A stretch of DNA of 7,063 bases, from assembly GCA_022560555.1 (NCBI GenBank), contig JADFSZ010000091.1:1-7063 (forward strand), in the 5' to 3' direction. This document shows, one piece after another, positions 6,117 through 7,063 of the stretch. Source of the DNA: PVC group bacterium (GTDB taxonomy: Bacteria > GCA-001730085 > JADFSZ01). Position 1 is the first letter of the stretch; every line of letters starts with the position of its first letter. A program made the position numbers and the translations under genes. Under the pieces are notes generated by a model. That model had not been told where the DNA came from. It did not search any database and was given only the letters and a program-made list of their open reading frames with translations.

Positions 6117-6124
6117 TCTAGGCC

Positions 6125-6979
6125 TTAGCTCACAATGGAAGCCAGGCGATACAAAGCTTTCTTCATATTTTCTTCATAACCCGCGTTCGATTTAAGATCC
6201 CTTTTCTGGCCGCTGATTTTATAGGCCATGGTTCTGACACATTCTGTCGCGCGTGAATACGGAAATTCCAAATAAAACGGCCGCTGCCGTTTGACAGATT
6301 TGGGCACGGCTTCATCCCGCACAATGAAACCTTCCATAGAAATACCGCGATTGAGAAACTGTTTCGTGATGGTGATCATTTTTTGTCCAAGTTTTTGAGC
6401 TTCTTTTTCATTTTTAACCATATTGAGGACAAGCTTAATATTGACATCATTATTATGCGCTAACAGGGTCTTGATCATGGCATAGGCGTCAATGGTGGAT
6501 GTAGGCTCCGGTGTGCATACGACAAAAACGTCATCAGCGGCCAGATTAAAATTAATGGCATTTTTCCCGAGGCCTGCTTCTGTATCAATGAGCACATAAT
6601 CAACATGTTTACGGACCTTTTCAAAGTGTTCCAAAAATATTTTTTGCTGAAGCGTATCGAGACTCGTCAGTTCCTCAATACCCGAACTTGCGGGAAGAAT
6701 ATTGAGTCCAAGTGGCCCTTCGATCATGATATCCAGAACATCTTTTTGTCCGCTTATCACGTGATGAATATTGTATTGGGGCGTTAATCCAAAAAGAACA
6801 TCCACATTCGCGAGCCCAAGATCGGCGTCAATGAGAACCACGCGTTTCCCCAATTGACATAAAGCTAATCCCAGGTTCACGGCTAAATTAGTTTTTCCGA
6901 CTCCCCCTTTTCCGCTTGTAATCGCGATCACTTTCACTTGATGAACCGGCTTTCTCGACATACGACTGTATAAACCCAT
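6125..6979 (-). CDS. flhG: MinD/ParA-family P-loop ATPase of the FlhG/FleN (YlxH) type, flagellar number/placement regulator
   Basis: VKVIAITSGKGGVGKTNLAVNLGLALCQLGKRVVLIDADLGLANVDVLFGLTP closely resembles FleN/FlhG. The deviant Walker A SGKGGVGKT is at 6890..6916. The C-terminal KKALYRLASIVS is a plausible amphipathic membrane-targeting helix. The start is uncertain: ATG 6979 or ATG 6961. The same frame stays open to the window edge at 7063 with no ATG/GTG/TTG, so the gene could be 5'-truncated here. Confidence 0.85.
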   Translation of the reverse strand: MGLYSRMSRKPVHQVKVIAITSGKGGVGKTNLAVNLGLALCQLGKRVVLIDADLGLANVDVLFGLTPQYNIHHVISGQKDVLDIMIEGPLGLNILPASSGIEELTSLDTLQQKIFLEHFEKVRKHVDYVLIDTEAGLGKNAINFNLAADDVFVVCTPEPTSTIDAYAMIKTLLAHNNDVNIKLVLNMVKNEKEAQKLGQKMITITKQFLNRGISMEGFIVRDEAVPKSVKRQRPFYLEFPYSRATECVRTMAYKISGQKRDLKSNAGYEENMKKALYRLASIVS

Positions 6980-7063
6980 AAAACTTGTAGTTTTCTGGTC
7001 CGGGCGAACAACATCAATGATTTCAACAAATGGGCCGACAATGTCGGGGTCAAATTGAGTGTT

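Noticed and set aside
6934-7062. Second open frame (43 codons, ending TGA at 6934..6936) considered as a possible FlhF C-terminus overlapping flhG
   Set aside because: The translation (TLNLTPTLSAHLLKSLMLFARTRKLQVLWVYTVVCRESRFIK) has no resemblance to SRP-type GTPase C-termini. It would also overlap the flhG P-loop-proximal region by more than 25 nt.
1-7063. Scan for CRISPR arrays, IS/transposon ends, integrase or att-like repeats, tRNA genes and defence-system hallmarks
   Set aside because: No spaced direct repeats, long terminal inverted repeats, cloverleaf-capable segments or nuclease/NTPase defence gene pairs were seen. The content reads as core housekeeping plus flagellar/c-di-GMP genes.

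Overview
All supportable genes lie on the minus strand in one tightly packed, co-directional array (about 42-43% GC, no mobile elements, no CRISPR). In transcription order, from high to low coordinates: a FlhG/FleN-type MinD-family ATPase; a diguanylate cyclase with a variant AGEEF active site fused to a C-terminal PilZ domain, with a strong SD 20 nt after flhG; a 141-bp intergenic region with a near-consensus extended -10 sigma70 promoter; a COG1579/HP0958-like coiled-coil zinc-ribbon protein; an archaeal-type RNase HI (stop/start abut as TAAATG); a type-A RNase P RNA gene (rnpB); a stand-alone NAD(P)H-hydrate epimerase (YjeF_N/NnrE); a YbgC-like hotdog thioesterase; and UvrB. The most unusual point is that rnpB is wedged between protein-coding genes. 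It starts 14 nt after the RNase HI stop and ends about 18 nt before the nnrE ATG, and I can see no convincing promoter or terminator of its own. The only strong promoter is about 1.2 kb upstream, ahead of the zinc-ribbon/RNase HI pair. The second notable item is the flhG-coupled GGDEF-PilZ hybrid, which combines synthase, I-site and receptor in one polypeptide. Smaller observations: a palindrome at the predicted transcription start, an A8 tract in the nnrE/thioesterase overlap, and a 7-nt periodic CTGT repeat bracketed by an inverted repeat just after uvrB. All plus-strand ORFs in the track look like shadow ORFs. Family assignments come from motif recognition by eye; no searches were run.
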